From: a bacterium
GTDB lineage: Bacteria > Hydrothermota > Tepidihabitantia > SM23-42 > JAOAFX01
Assembly (NCBI GenBank): GCA_036382775.1
Contig: DASVHD010000016.1
Coordinates: forward strand, 8,323 to 72,322
Direction of reading: 5' to 3'
Length of the DNA: 64,000 nucleotides
The position numbers and the translations under genes were made by a program. The notes below the pieces were generated by a model. It had not been told where the DNA came from and ran no database searches. It saw only the letters and a list, made by a program, of their open reading frames with translations. Positions 56,396-64,000 of the stretch are shown here, piece after piece. How positions within the stretch are numbered: the first letter of the stretch is position 1; each line of letters starts with the position of its first letter.

Positions 56396-57238
56396 TTAAG
56401 TCCCTTCGAACAGGGTAGCGACAAAATCGGCAGCGTTGAATTCCAGGATATCTTCAAGCCCTTCGCCGATTCCAAGGAAAAGGATTGGCAGGCCGAGTTC
56501 ATGGCAGATCGGGATGATCGCGCCGCCCTTCGCAGTACCGTCGAACTTAGTGAGGACGATGCCGTTAACGCCGAGTTCCTGCTTGAAGACCCGAGCCTGT
56601 TGGATGGAATTCTGGCCCAGCGTGGCGTCGATCGTCAATAGGTTAAGGTCGGGACCAGACGGTTTGCACTTCATGGTCACGCGCCTGATTTTTTTGAGCT
56701 CGTCAATGAGATCGATGCGCGTATGCAGCCGGCCGGCGGTGTCAATGAGCACGGCATCGATGGATTGCGACTTCGCTTTGGCAAGCGCATCAAAAACGAC
56801 CGCGCCCGCGTCCTGGCCGCGCCGGGACCGGACGACCTCGACCTGAGCCCGCTCTGCCCAGATGCTGAGTTGTTCCGATGCAGCGTCCCGATAGGTGTCG
56901 GCGCTGGTGAGAAGCACGGAGCCGCGCTGTCGGTACAACCAAGCCAGCTTTGCCAGGGTCGTTGTTTTGCCCGATCCATTGACACCGCTGATCATGATGA
57001 TACGGGGAGGGATGTTGTCGACAACCGGCGGGGGCAGGTTTATTAGTTTGGATACGGTTTCTTTGAACGCCTTATCTTTTTGCGACGCGGAGCTGATCCG
57101 GTCCATGATCAGTTTCGTGCATGCAGTGCCCACGTCCGCCTGCAGGAGAATCTCCTCGATCGCTGCCAGCTCGGCACCCCTGGTTCGGTCGAAGATCCCT
57201 GATATTTTGGCGAGAGCCAGTTTTAATCGGCCCAGCAT
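56396..57238 (-). CDS. ftsY: signal recognition particle receptor FtsY (NG domain only)
   Basis: GVNGSGKTTTLAKLA; ...DTAGRLH... Confidence 0.85.
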   Translation of the reverse strand: MLGRLKLALAKISGIFDRTRGAELAAIEEILLQADVGTACTKLIMDRISSASQKDKAFKETVSKLINLPPPVVDNIPPRIIMISGVNGSGKTTTLAKLAWLYRQRGSVLLTSADTYRDAASEQLSIWAERAQVEVVRSRRGQDAGAVVFDALAKAKSQSIDAVLIDTAGRLHTRIDLIDELKKIRRVTMKCKPSGPDLNLLTIDATLGQNSIQQARVFKQELGVNGIVLTKFDGTAKGGAIIPICHELGLPILFLGIGEGLEDILEFNAADFVATLFEGT

Positions 57239-57244
57239 GATGCC

Positions 57245-60200
57245 TTACAGGGCGGCATCCAATTTTTCCAGATCAGCGAGGCGCACGGATATGATCTTGC
57301 TCTGACCGGCCCTTTCCATGGTCAATCCGTACAGGTAATCGGCATACTCCATGGTCGCCCGGTTATGGGTGATGATGACGACTTGTGTCCTCTGGGAGAG
57401 ATCACGAAGGAATTTGTTGAACCGCACGACATTCGCATCGTCGAGCGGCGCGTCGATCTCGTCGAGGATGCAGAACGGCGCCGGTTTGACCAGGTAGAAA
57501 GCCAGCAGAAGGCTCACCGCCAGCAAGGTGCGTTCGCCGCCGGAAAGCTGGTTGATCATCTTGACGCGCTTCCCTTTCATGCGCACCACGATCTGGACTT
57601 CCGACGTCAGGGGGTTGGCGGCATCGCTGAGTACAAGGTCGGCTTCTCCGCCCTCGAAGAAATTGGCAAAAACCGTATTGAATTTTTCCTTGACTTCATT
57701 GAAGGTCGTGATGAACCGATCCCGGGCGCGCTGGTCGAGTTCATCGATGGATTTCAAAAGGCTCTGCTTGGCGGCGATGATGTCGTTGCGTTGGGTAAAA
57801 AATTCATCGAGCCGTTTTTTCTCCTGCTCGTAAGCCTGGAGGCTCAGGGGGTTTATTTCTCCGAGTTTTTCCAGCCGTTCTCTGATCTCCACCTGTTTTG
57901 CATTTATGTCCGGTATTTTCTCAGACTGGTAAACAGCGAGGTCCGTGCTGAATTCAGCCATCGCTTTTTTGGCAAGTTCTTCCTGGCGATACTCAAACTG
58001 AAAGACCTCGTAATCGATCTTCAAGACGTCATTCTGGATCTCCTCAAGGGATTTTTGCTTCGCGGTCAATTCCTCGTACAGGCTTTCCTGTTTTCCGGAG
58101 ATCTCCTCGATCCTTTTGTCTTGGGCCGTGAACTCGAGTTCTGCCAGCGTCTGTTTTTTGACCGCAGCTTCGCTTTTAAGCGATCGGAGGCGTTCCTGGA
58201 TCTCGACCAGCTGCTGGGTGACCTCGTTTTTGTGGATGGCGGCGATCTCGTTTTCAACGGTTTTGTTGTCCTGAAGCATCGCGGCGATCGTCTTTTCAAT
58301 GCTGTCATGCCGTTCCTTGAGAACGGACGTCTGCAGAACGAACTCGTTGAGCGCGGCGGTCTGCTCCTCGATGCGACTTTTCAACTGCGCAGCGATTGAA
58401 GTGCTCTGCTCGACGGCACTGGTAAGCGAAGTTATTTCGGCCGCAGCCGTATTCTTTTTTATATCAAAATCGGCCGTTTGTTTTTGGATAAGCTCGATAT
58501 CCCCGGCCAGCGCGTCCCGCTCAGCGGTCAGATGATCCTGTTCCCGGGTCAGCCGCTGGACCTGTTGCGACAGCTCGTTTAAATGGAGGGTGGCCTCGGA
58601 TCTGGTCATGCTAAGGTTGATCAAGGCGCCGCTCAGTTGTTCAATGTTCTGCCTGAGTCCATCCAGGTCAGCGATTGCATGTTTCTTGCGGTCCCGAGTG
58701 AAGATCATTTCATTGCTCAGCGTCTCATGGCGTCGCCGGCTTTCCTGCAGCGCCTGGGTGATCCGGAAATACCCGATGTCGCCTTTGAGCACGGTGATCG
58801 TTCCGCGGTCGAACAATATCCCTTCGCGTACGACAAAACCGTACTGATCGAATTTTTCGGAAAGCGACAGCGCCTGGCCTGCGTTATCAGCAACGAGAAA
58901 ACGCCGGAGGTGCGCGTTGACGGCCGGTCGGTCGGTTTTCAAGCGGACTACATCGGCGAGCGATTTCAACCCCGCCAGTTCGGCTGGAAGCGCTGGTCCC
59001 TCGCCTGGAGCGCGAAGCGCGATGAACCCGATCCTGCCTTCCGGCAGGTTGCGGAGATCTTTAAGATCGAAATCACTGAGGACGAAATACCCAAGGATAT
59101 CTGCCAGACATATATCGACCGCGGTTTCATACCCGGCGTCGACCTCGGTGATCTCGCGCAGCAAGCCCGTGATCTTCGCTCCGAACTGCTGACGCACCTG
59201 TTTAATGCCGTCCGGCTGCCCGATCCGGTGGGTTAGCGTGTCAATAGTGACTTTCAGATCGCTCAGTTCTGCCTGCCTTTGATCGATCTCGTCTTCCAAC
59301 GCCTGCAATTCGGTTTCTTTGGCCTTGAGCAGGCCCTGCGCCTCGCTCAGTTGCGCAGAGAGTTTGTCTTGTTCGCGGATCGTCTCCTGCAGTTCATTGT
59401 CTTTTTGTTTTTTGTTTGACTGGTACTGGACCAGTTCCTGCGCTATTTCCGAGAGCTCGTTATTTATCCGGTCAATGATCGCGGTTTTGTTCAACCGGGA
59501 AGATTCCAGTTTGACGATCTCGTCCCGGTCCAGATCGATGATCGACTTCAGTTCACCGATCTCCTCATCCTGTTTCTTGAGCGCCTGCTGGGACGCAAAA
59601 TACTCGGCCTGGGTTTTTACCAGATCAGCCTTTGTGTTCCGGGATCGTTCCTCGTTCGCTGATAGTTCCGCTTGCAAGTGCGCCAGGGATTCCTCGTGTT
59701 CGATCATCCGCTTGCGGTTGGACGCGACAAACTCCTGTTTCTCCTTGGCGCTGGCCACAAGGCGTTCCGAAGTTATGAGCAGGTCTTTTGCTTTTTCATC
59801 CGACTGAGCAATAGCGGCTTCTAGTTCGGCGATCGCTTGCTTGATGTCATTGATCCGGGCCGCGCTTTCTTTTTTCTGCTGCTCGGCAGCGGTCAGTTCT
59901 TCTTTCCACCGCTTCCGCTCTTCTTCAAGGCGGCTGAGAGCCTGGAGCGCTGACTGCCGCTCATTATCCCTGCTTGCCTTTCGCTCGCGGGCATCGCTGA
60001 TACTCTTCATGATCCCGAGATGATCGGCTTTCATGATCGTCAGGTTCACGGTCTTGTATTCTTCACGCAGTTCCTGGTACATCTGGGCTTGGCGTGCCTG
60101 CCTTCTCAGGCTCCGGATACCTCGTTCCATCTCGCCGATCACGTCCTCGAGCCTCAACAGATCCTGTTCGGTTTGCTCAAGGCGCCGGTTGGTTTGTTCG

Positions 60201-60703
60201 CGGCGTTCCTGGTAGCGGAGGATGCCCGATACATCGTCGAACATGTCCTTGGTATCACCATGGATGATTTTTTCGATCTCGGCAAGTTCCAGGAATGAAT
60301 AGGTTAGCGTTCCCGAGTTAAGGAAAAGGGCCTGGATGTCTTGCAAACGGCATTTGACGCGGTTTAGATAAAATTCGCTTTCGCCCGTGCGATAGAATCT
60401 CCTTTTGATCTCGAATTCACTGCCGAATTGGGGAAAAAAGTCTTCGTTCTCGATGATCACGCTTACTTCCGTGAAATTAGTATCGTCGATAAGCTCCGGC
60501 GAGGTATGGATAAGATCTTCATTTTTCTCGCATCGCAGAGCCTTCATACTCTGTTCACCGAACACCCAACGGAGGGCATCAAAAATGTTCGATTTGCCGC
60601 TGCCGTTAGGACCGACAAAAGCGGTGATCCCCGGCGTCAGGACACACTTGGTCTCGCCGGCGAATGATTTGAAACCGTACAGCCCGATATCCTTGATCTT
60701 CAC
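57245..60703 (-). CDS. smc: chromosome segregation protein SMC
   Basis: N-terminal Walker A GPNGSGKSN; long coiled coils; C-terminal LSGGERTL...ILDEIDAPLD; conserved smc-ftsY synteny. Confidence 0.85.
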   Translation of the reverse strand: MKIKDIGLYGFKSFAGETKCVLTPGITAFVGPNGSGKSNIFDALRWVFGEQSMKALRCEKNEDLIHTSPELIDDTNFTEVSVIIENEDFFPQFGSEFEIKRRFYRTGESEFYLNRVKCRLQDIQALFLNSGTLTYSFLELAEIEKIIHGDTKDMFDDVSGILRYQERREQTNRRLEQTEQDLLRLEDVIGEMERGIRSLRRQARQAQMYQELREEYKTVNLTIMKADHLGIMKSISDARERKASRDNERQSALQALSRLEEERKRWKEELTAAEQQKKESAARINDIKQAIAELEAAIAQSDEKAKDLLITSERLVASAKEKQEFVASNRKRMIEHEESLAHLQAELSANEERSRNTKADLVKTQAEYFASQQALKKQDEEIGELKSIIDLDRDEIVKLESSRLNKTAIIDRINNELSEIAQELVQYQSNKKQKDNELQETIREQDKLSAQLSEAQGLLKAKETELQALEDEIDQRQAELSDLKVTIDTLTHRIGQPDGIKQVRQQFGAKITGLLREITEVDAGYETAVDICLADILGYFVLSDFDLKDLRNLPEGRIGFIALRAPGEGPALPAELAGLKSLADVVRLKTDRPAVNAHLRRFLVADNAGQALSLSEKFDQYGFVVREGILFDRGTITVLKGDIGYFRITQALQESRRRHETLSNEMIFTRDRKKHAIADLDGLRQNIEQLSGALINLSMTRSEATLHLNELSQQVQRLTREQDHLTAERDALAGDIELIQKQTADFDIKKNTAAAEITSLTSAVEQSTSIAAQLKSRIEEQTAALNEFVLQTSVLKERHDSIEKTIAAMLQDNKTVENEIAAIHKNEVTQQLVEIQERLRSLKSEAAVKKQTLAELEFTAQDKRIEEISGKQESLYEELTAKQKSLEEIQNDVLKIDYEVFQFEYRQEELAKKAMAEFSTDLAVYQSEKIPDINAKQVEIRERLEKLGEINPLSLQAYEQEKKRLDEFFTQRNDIIAAKQSLLKSIDELDQRARDRFITTFNEVKEKFNTVFANFFEGGEADLVLSDAANPLTSEVQIVVRMKGKRVKMINQLSGGERTLLAVSLLLAFYLVKPAPFCILDEIDAPLDDANVVRFNKFLRDLSQRTQVVIITHNRATMEYADYLYGLTMERAGQSKIISVRLADLEKLDAAL

Positions 60704-60716
60704 TTATCCGCTTGGT

Positions 60717-61670
60717 TTATTCTTCTTCCTTAAGATAGATCTCCCGCTCAAGGAAGGGATGATAGTCACTCCATTCTTTTTCGATCCCCCGGCTCCGGCG
60801 GATGGCGTCGTTCATCATTTCCACTTTGGAATCAAGGTTATCGATGAAGTGCAGTATGATCGCTTCGGGAAAGGAGGGCAGTTTGGGGGAGCCGTATTCC
60901 AGTTCGCCGTGGTGCGACAGGATCATGTGCAGGACCTTGAGTTTTAACTCTTCGGGGAAATGCGGGATTTTGTCGATTTTTTCTTTCACCATGTCGCAGC
61001 CGATGACGATGTGCCCTATCAGCCGTCCGCGCGTCGAGATATCGATCTTCTTGTGGTACGTGTACTCGTAGATCTTGCCAATATCGTGTAGCAGTGCGCC
61101 GGCGATCAGTAGGTCCTTGTTCACGAACGAATATGTTGTCTGGATCAGGGTTACCTGTTTCACGACGGTCCGGGTGTGGACGGCTAACCCGCCGAGGTGG
61201 GCATGATGAGCTCTTTTGGCGGCCGGGGCCTGGCGGAAGAGGTTGGTGATGAACATGTCGCCGAAAAAAAGGTCTAGCAGTTTACGCAGGTGAGTGTTCT
61301 GTACCTGCTTTACGTAGTCCGTGATCTCGGACATCACTGCATTGATGTCCTCATCGGGACCGGGTAAAAAATCCTCGCTGTTGATCTCATCCTCAGAGAG
61401 GCGGCTGATGGCCTGGACCACGATCTGGAGCCGATCATTGTACTCATTGACGTTCCCGGAGACGTATACGAACTCGCCGGCCGGGATCGCCCGTACCTCG
61501 TCACTGGCGTTGTCCCAGGCGATGCCTTCGATCGTGCCGGTGCGGTCCGAAAATTCGGTGAGTGAAAAAGATCCTCCATCTTTTTTCTCTTTCAGGATCT
61601 TTTTCGATAAAATGAACTTGTCCTTGACAGTCTGTCCGGCCTTAAGTTCTTCGACAAACTGGCTTTTCAT
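60717..61670 (-). CDS. YhaM-like 3'-5' exonuclease (OB-fold plus HD domain)
   Basis: HTRTVV...LLHDIGK...HHGELEYGSPK. Confidence 0.6.
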   Translation of the reverse strand: MKSQFVEELKAGQTVKDKFILSKKILKEKKDGGSFSLTEFSDRTGTIEGIAWDNASDEVRAIPAGEFVYVSGNVNEYNDRLQIVVQAISRLSEDEINSEDFLPGPDEDINAVMSEITDYVKQVQNTHLRKLLDLFFGDMFITNLFRQAPAAKRAHHAHLGGLAVHTRTVVKQVTLIQTTYSFVNKDLLIAGALLHDIGKIYEYTYHKKIDISTRGRLIGHIVIGCDMVKEKIDKIPHFPEELKLKVLHMILSHHGELEYGSPKLPSFPEAIILHFIDNLDSKVEMMNDAIRRSRGIEKEWSDYHPFLEREIYLKEEE

Positions 61671-61773
61671 GGGTCCTGGCGGTGATGGCGCTGGCGGCGA
61701 CGGTAACGATCAAATAAGCGCTGCAACAACGTATCGTTGGCGGATGGTCTACCGGAGTGGCGGTAAAACAACG

Positions 61774-62769
61774 TTATTTACTCGGAGTCTCAAGATGAAG
61801 GATCTTTTTCTTGATCAGGTCAAGTTTTTCCCGCAAAACGCTTTCTTCTTTTTTCTCGGCCTCAAGCGCGCTCCGGATTTCTTCACGCTGCTGTTTTACT
61901 AGCGCCGTTTCACTCTGGATCTTGGTTTCCTCTTTTTTCAATGTTTCAAGGCGCTTGATGAGCTCGGCTTCTTGAACCTTGAGTTTTTCGATCGTATGCA
62001 CTACGGGATTGGCTTCCAACTCTCTTTTACGGGTAAGGTATTCTTCATTCAATTTGTTCAGGGCAACCTGAGTATCCGATGTTTGTTTTTTCGCTTCATC
62101 GAGGTTCTTCTTGACCTCTGCTGTTTCGTTCTTCAGCGAGTCGATCTTCGGCAGGAACACTTCTTCCTGGCGTTTGTTAATATTCTCGACCATCTTCGAC
62201 TCAAGGCCCTTGCTCATCACGAGAGTGATGAAAAACGACAGAACGGCAAATACGAGACCGACGCCCAGGATGATGGGATTCGGGGTAACGGTGACGTTGA
62301 TCTGCGGGACCTGCGGCCTGGATGTGAAATACAGCGCGCCGACCCGGGTGGTCCCGATGTTGATGGCAAAGCCGCCTTCGTAAACAGAAGAGTTGGCCTG
62401 GACAGTGTTCTTACCCGAAGCCAGGGTCGTGCTGTTGTAGACCTTCCCGACCTGAGTTTCGTCCGACGACGCGATGACGTTGTTCTTGGCGTCGGTGAAA
62501 TAAAGGTTGGTTATCTCCGGCTCGTCCTGCTTGACCGTCGTTATGATCTCGTTTAGTTTTTCCGTCTGGTTTTCGAGGATGGCATCAAGCACGAACGTGG
62601 CGTGAGCGATCGAGTTCCCGATGCTCATGAGCCTTTTGTTCACGAGTTCGTTCAGCACGCTGTTTTCACCCGATCCTTTCTGCCCGAAAAAATTCGGAGC
62701 CATATAGGCGAAAACCGAAATGAGTGCGATAAGGATGAACGATATGATACTAAAACCGATCCTTGACAT
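61774..62769 (-). CDS. membrane-anchored coiled-coil hypothetical protein
   Basis: N-terminal TM helix plus a second TM helix, then a long Lys/Glu-rich coiled coil. Confidence 0.45.
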   Translation of the reverse strand: MSRIGFSIISFILIALISVFAYMAPNFFGQKGSGENSVLNELVNKRLMSIGNSIAHATFVLDAILENQTEKLNEIITTVKQDEPEITNLYFTDAKNNVIASSDETQVGKVYNSTTLASGKNTVQANSSVYEGGFAINIGTTRVGALYFTSRPQVPQINVTVTPNPIILGVGLVFAVLSFFITLVMSKGLESKMVENINKRQEEVFLPKIDSLKNETAEVKKNLDEAKKQTSDTQVALNKLNEEYLTRKRELEANPVVHTIEKLKVQEAELIKRLETLKKEETKIQSETALVKQQREEIRSALEAEKKEESVLREKLDLIKKKILHLETPSK

Positions 62770-63612
62770 TTATCCTCCTATGCTCAAAGACACCCTGTGT
62801 CCGCCGCCCAGGTCAAAATAGGGCGCGTATATATAAGAAATACGGATGGAATTTTTAGAGATGCTAAATCCCATGTTTAAACCAGTCAGCACATCAATAC
62901 CATTCCCGGTCCTCATGGACGAGAGCAGCGTGCTGTATGATGCTTTGATCGTGAAAAATTGGTTCACGATATATTCACCCCCGAAACGGATACCGAAATT
63001 GATCAGAGCAGGTTTTACCAGGTCAACGCCGAACCATCCCTTGCTCGATGTTTTGGCCACGCCAAGATCAATCTCGTAGGGCAGAGTTTCTTTTTGATCG
63101 ATAAAGGGTTTTACGGTCGTACCGAGGTTTTTCAGGGCCAGTCCGCACTGGATATTATGGTCAGTGAAGAAATACATCGCCCCGACATCGACGCCGGCGC
63201 CAAGCGAAAAAAGGGAATCGATATTCTCGTAAACCAATTTGACTGACGCCCCCAAAGCGATCTCGTTGATGAAAAAACCCTTGCCGACGCTAAGGTCGAT
63301 GAAATTTGTGGAAAAGGTCCCATACTCGTTGCCCAGAGCGTCGGTCTTTTTAATGCTTCCGCTGTAAAAATATTTGACACCAACACCGACCTGGTTTGTC
63401 TCATAGCCCAGGTAACCAAAATGGGTGCCGGCGATATAGCCAAGGTATGATGCCGAATAAAACGGTACCGAAGATATACTCAGCCCCGCCGGATTATAAT
63501 TGACGGAGTAGCCATCCGCGGCCATCGCATAACCCATACACGCGCGACCCGCAACCGGGTCGACCTGCAGATATTCGAAACCCGTTGAGGCGATCAAAAA
63601 AATGATAAGCAT
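62770..63612 (-). CDS. putative outer-membrane beta-barrel protein (PorQ/UPF0164-like)
   Basis: Signal peptide; alternating amphipathic strands rich in Gly/Tyr/Phe; C-terminal aromatic residue. Confidence 0.35.
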   Translation of the reverse strand: MLIIFLIASTGFEYLQVDPVAGRACMGYAMAADGYSVNYNPAGLSISSVPFYSASYLGYIAGTHFGYLGYETNQVGVGVKYFYSGSIKKTDALGNEYGTFSTNFIDLSVGKGFFINEIALGASVKLVYENIDSLFSLGAGVDVGAMYFFTDHNIQCGLALKNLGTTVKPFIDQKETLPYEIDLGVAKTSSKGWFGVDLVKPALINFGIRFGGEYIVNQFFTIKASYSTLLSSMRTGNGIDVLTGLNMGFSISKNSIRISYIYAPYFDLGGGHRVSLSIGG

Positions 63613-64000
63613 TGAACCTCCACTTATATTAAGTATATTAAACGCTTCATGAAAGTCAAGAGGTGCCTATGCGATGCGTCATGATAAAAATAAGGCAATC
63701 CCGGAAATTTATGGGATCAGATTTCTGTATTCTACATCAACATTGAAATAAGCCAGATGTTATATAGACTGAGACCATGGCTGGAGCGTTAAAGATTCGG
63801 GTCCCCGGCGTTTATTGTCATCGTTGAGAAGTTGTGAAAAGAAAAGTAATGACTGAATGAAAAAGCGCAAACTTGTTCTGATTAATCCGGTTAATCCGGC
63901 GCGCGGGCATTGCCGTTGTGGGTGCCTTTATCTTTGGTCTTGATAGCGATACGCCGGATATGCTGCGAAGACGCGCCAGTTACGTGATACGAAGCGGAGT

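Noticed and set aside
57245-60703. SMC as part of a Wadjet/Lamassu-type defence system
   Set aside because: It has canonical full-length SMC hinge-and-coiled-coil architecture directly upstream of ftsY, which is the conserved housekeeping smc-ftsY arrangement. No JetA/B/D-like partners are present.
1-64000. CRISPR arrays, tRNA/rRNA genes, integrases/transposases
   Set aside because: There are no regularly spaced direct repeats with unique spacers. No tRNA-like T-arm (GGTTCGAATCC-type) motifs were found in intergenic regions. No recombinase-like ORFs were seen. The repeats present are irregular composite hairpin elements.
63841-64000. Short ORF MKKRKLVLINPVNPARG... and a downstream frame reading ...FIFGLDSDTPDMLRR... 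(radical-SAM-like strings)
   Set aside because: The ORF stops after 28 codons and the second frame runs off the window. There is too little sequence to call a gene or decide whether a frameshift is present.

Overview
This 64-kb window looks like a chromosomal segment from an uncultivated anaerobic bacterium. GC content appears mostly high (~55-60%), with lower-GC and AT-rich insertions; I did not compute it exactly. Coding density is high, and I found no rRNA, tRNA, CRISPR array, integrase or transposase.

The window falls into four blocks:

(i) 0.06-1.7 kb: a leaderless antitoxin / RelE-ParE toxin / HEPN-like three-gene cassette. It sits between copies of a composite hairpin-rich repeat, and a further copy of that repeat lies at 37.2-37.6 kb.

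(ii) 1.8-16.6 kb: a plus-strand cluster of TPR/CHAT (caspase-like) proteins with a FecR-like partner, a BepA-like M48-TPR peptidase and a WG-repeat protein.

(iii) 18-37.2 kb: a lower-GC block bracketed by ~70-bp direct repeats and a shared palindrome. It is full of selenium, sulfur, iron and redox genes:
- a ferredoxin:thioredoxin-reductase (FTR)-like domain fused in frame to SelD (selenophosphate synthetase) through a UGA (selenocysteine) codon, with a SECIS-like hairpin;
- a CGGC-domain protein;
- two paralogous copies of a methionine-gamma-lyase / M23-peptidase / FTR-like triad;
- a NifS-like class V aminotransferase behind a perfect Fur box;
- two Fur-family regulators, FeoAB, a ferritin-like protein, a Mrp/NBP35 ATPase, NifX-like, DUF134, DUF5320-like and small zinc-ribbon proteins, pdaD and hisC.

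(iv) 38-64 kb: housekeeping and envelope genes, including smc-ftsY, a H+-pyrophosphatase, msrAB, a prolyl oligopeptidase, a long-chain acyl-CoA ligase, a GGDEF protein, a YhaM-like nuclease, and a TPR + PEP-utilising (rifampin-phosphotransferase-like) pair.

Several genes are absent or mis-started in the six-frame track: pdaD starts at ATT, a TrmB-like regulator has ACG where a start codon is expected, the GGDEF gene is frameshifted in a T7 run, and a C69 dipeptidase and a hotdog thioesterase are fragments. Four consensus TTGACA-16-TATAAT promoters sit 5-14 nt from their ATG, which suggests leaderless translation is common here.
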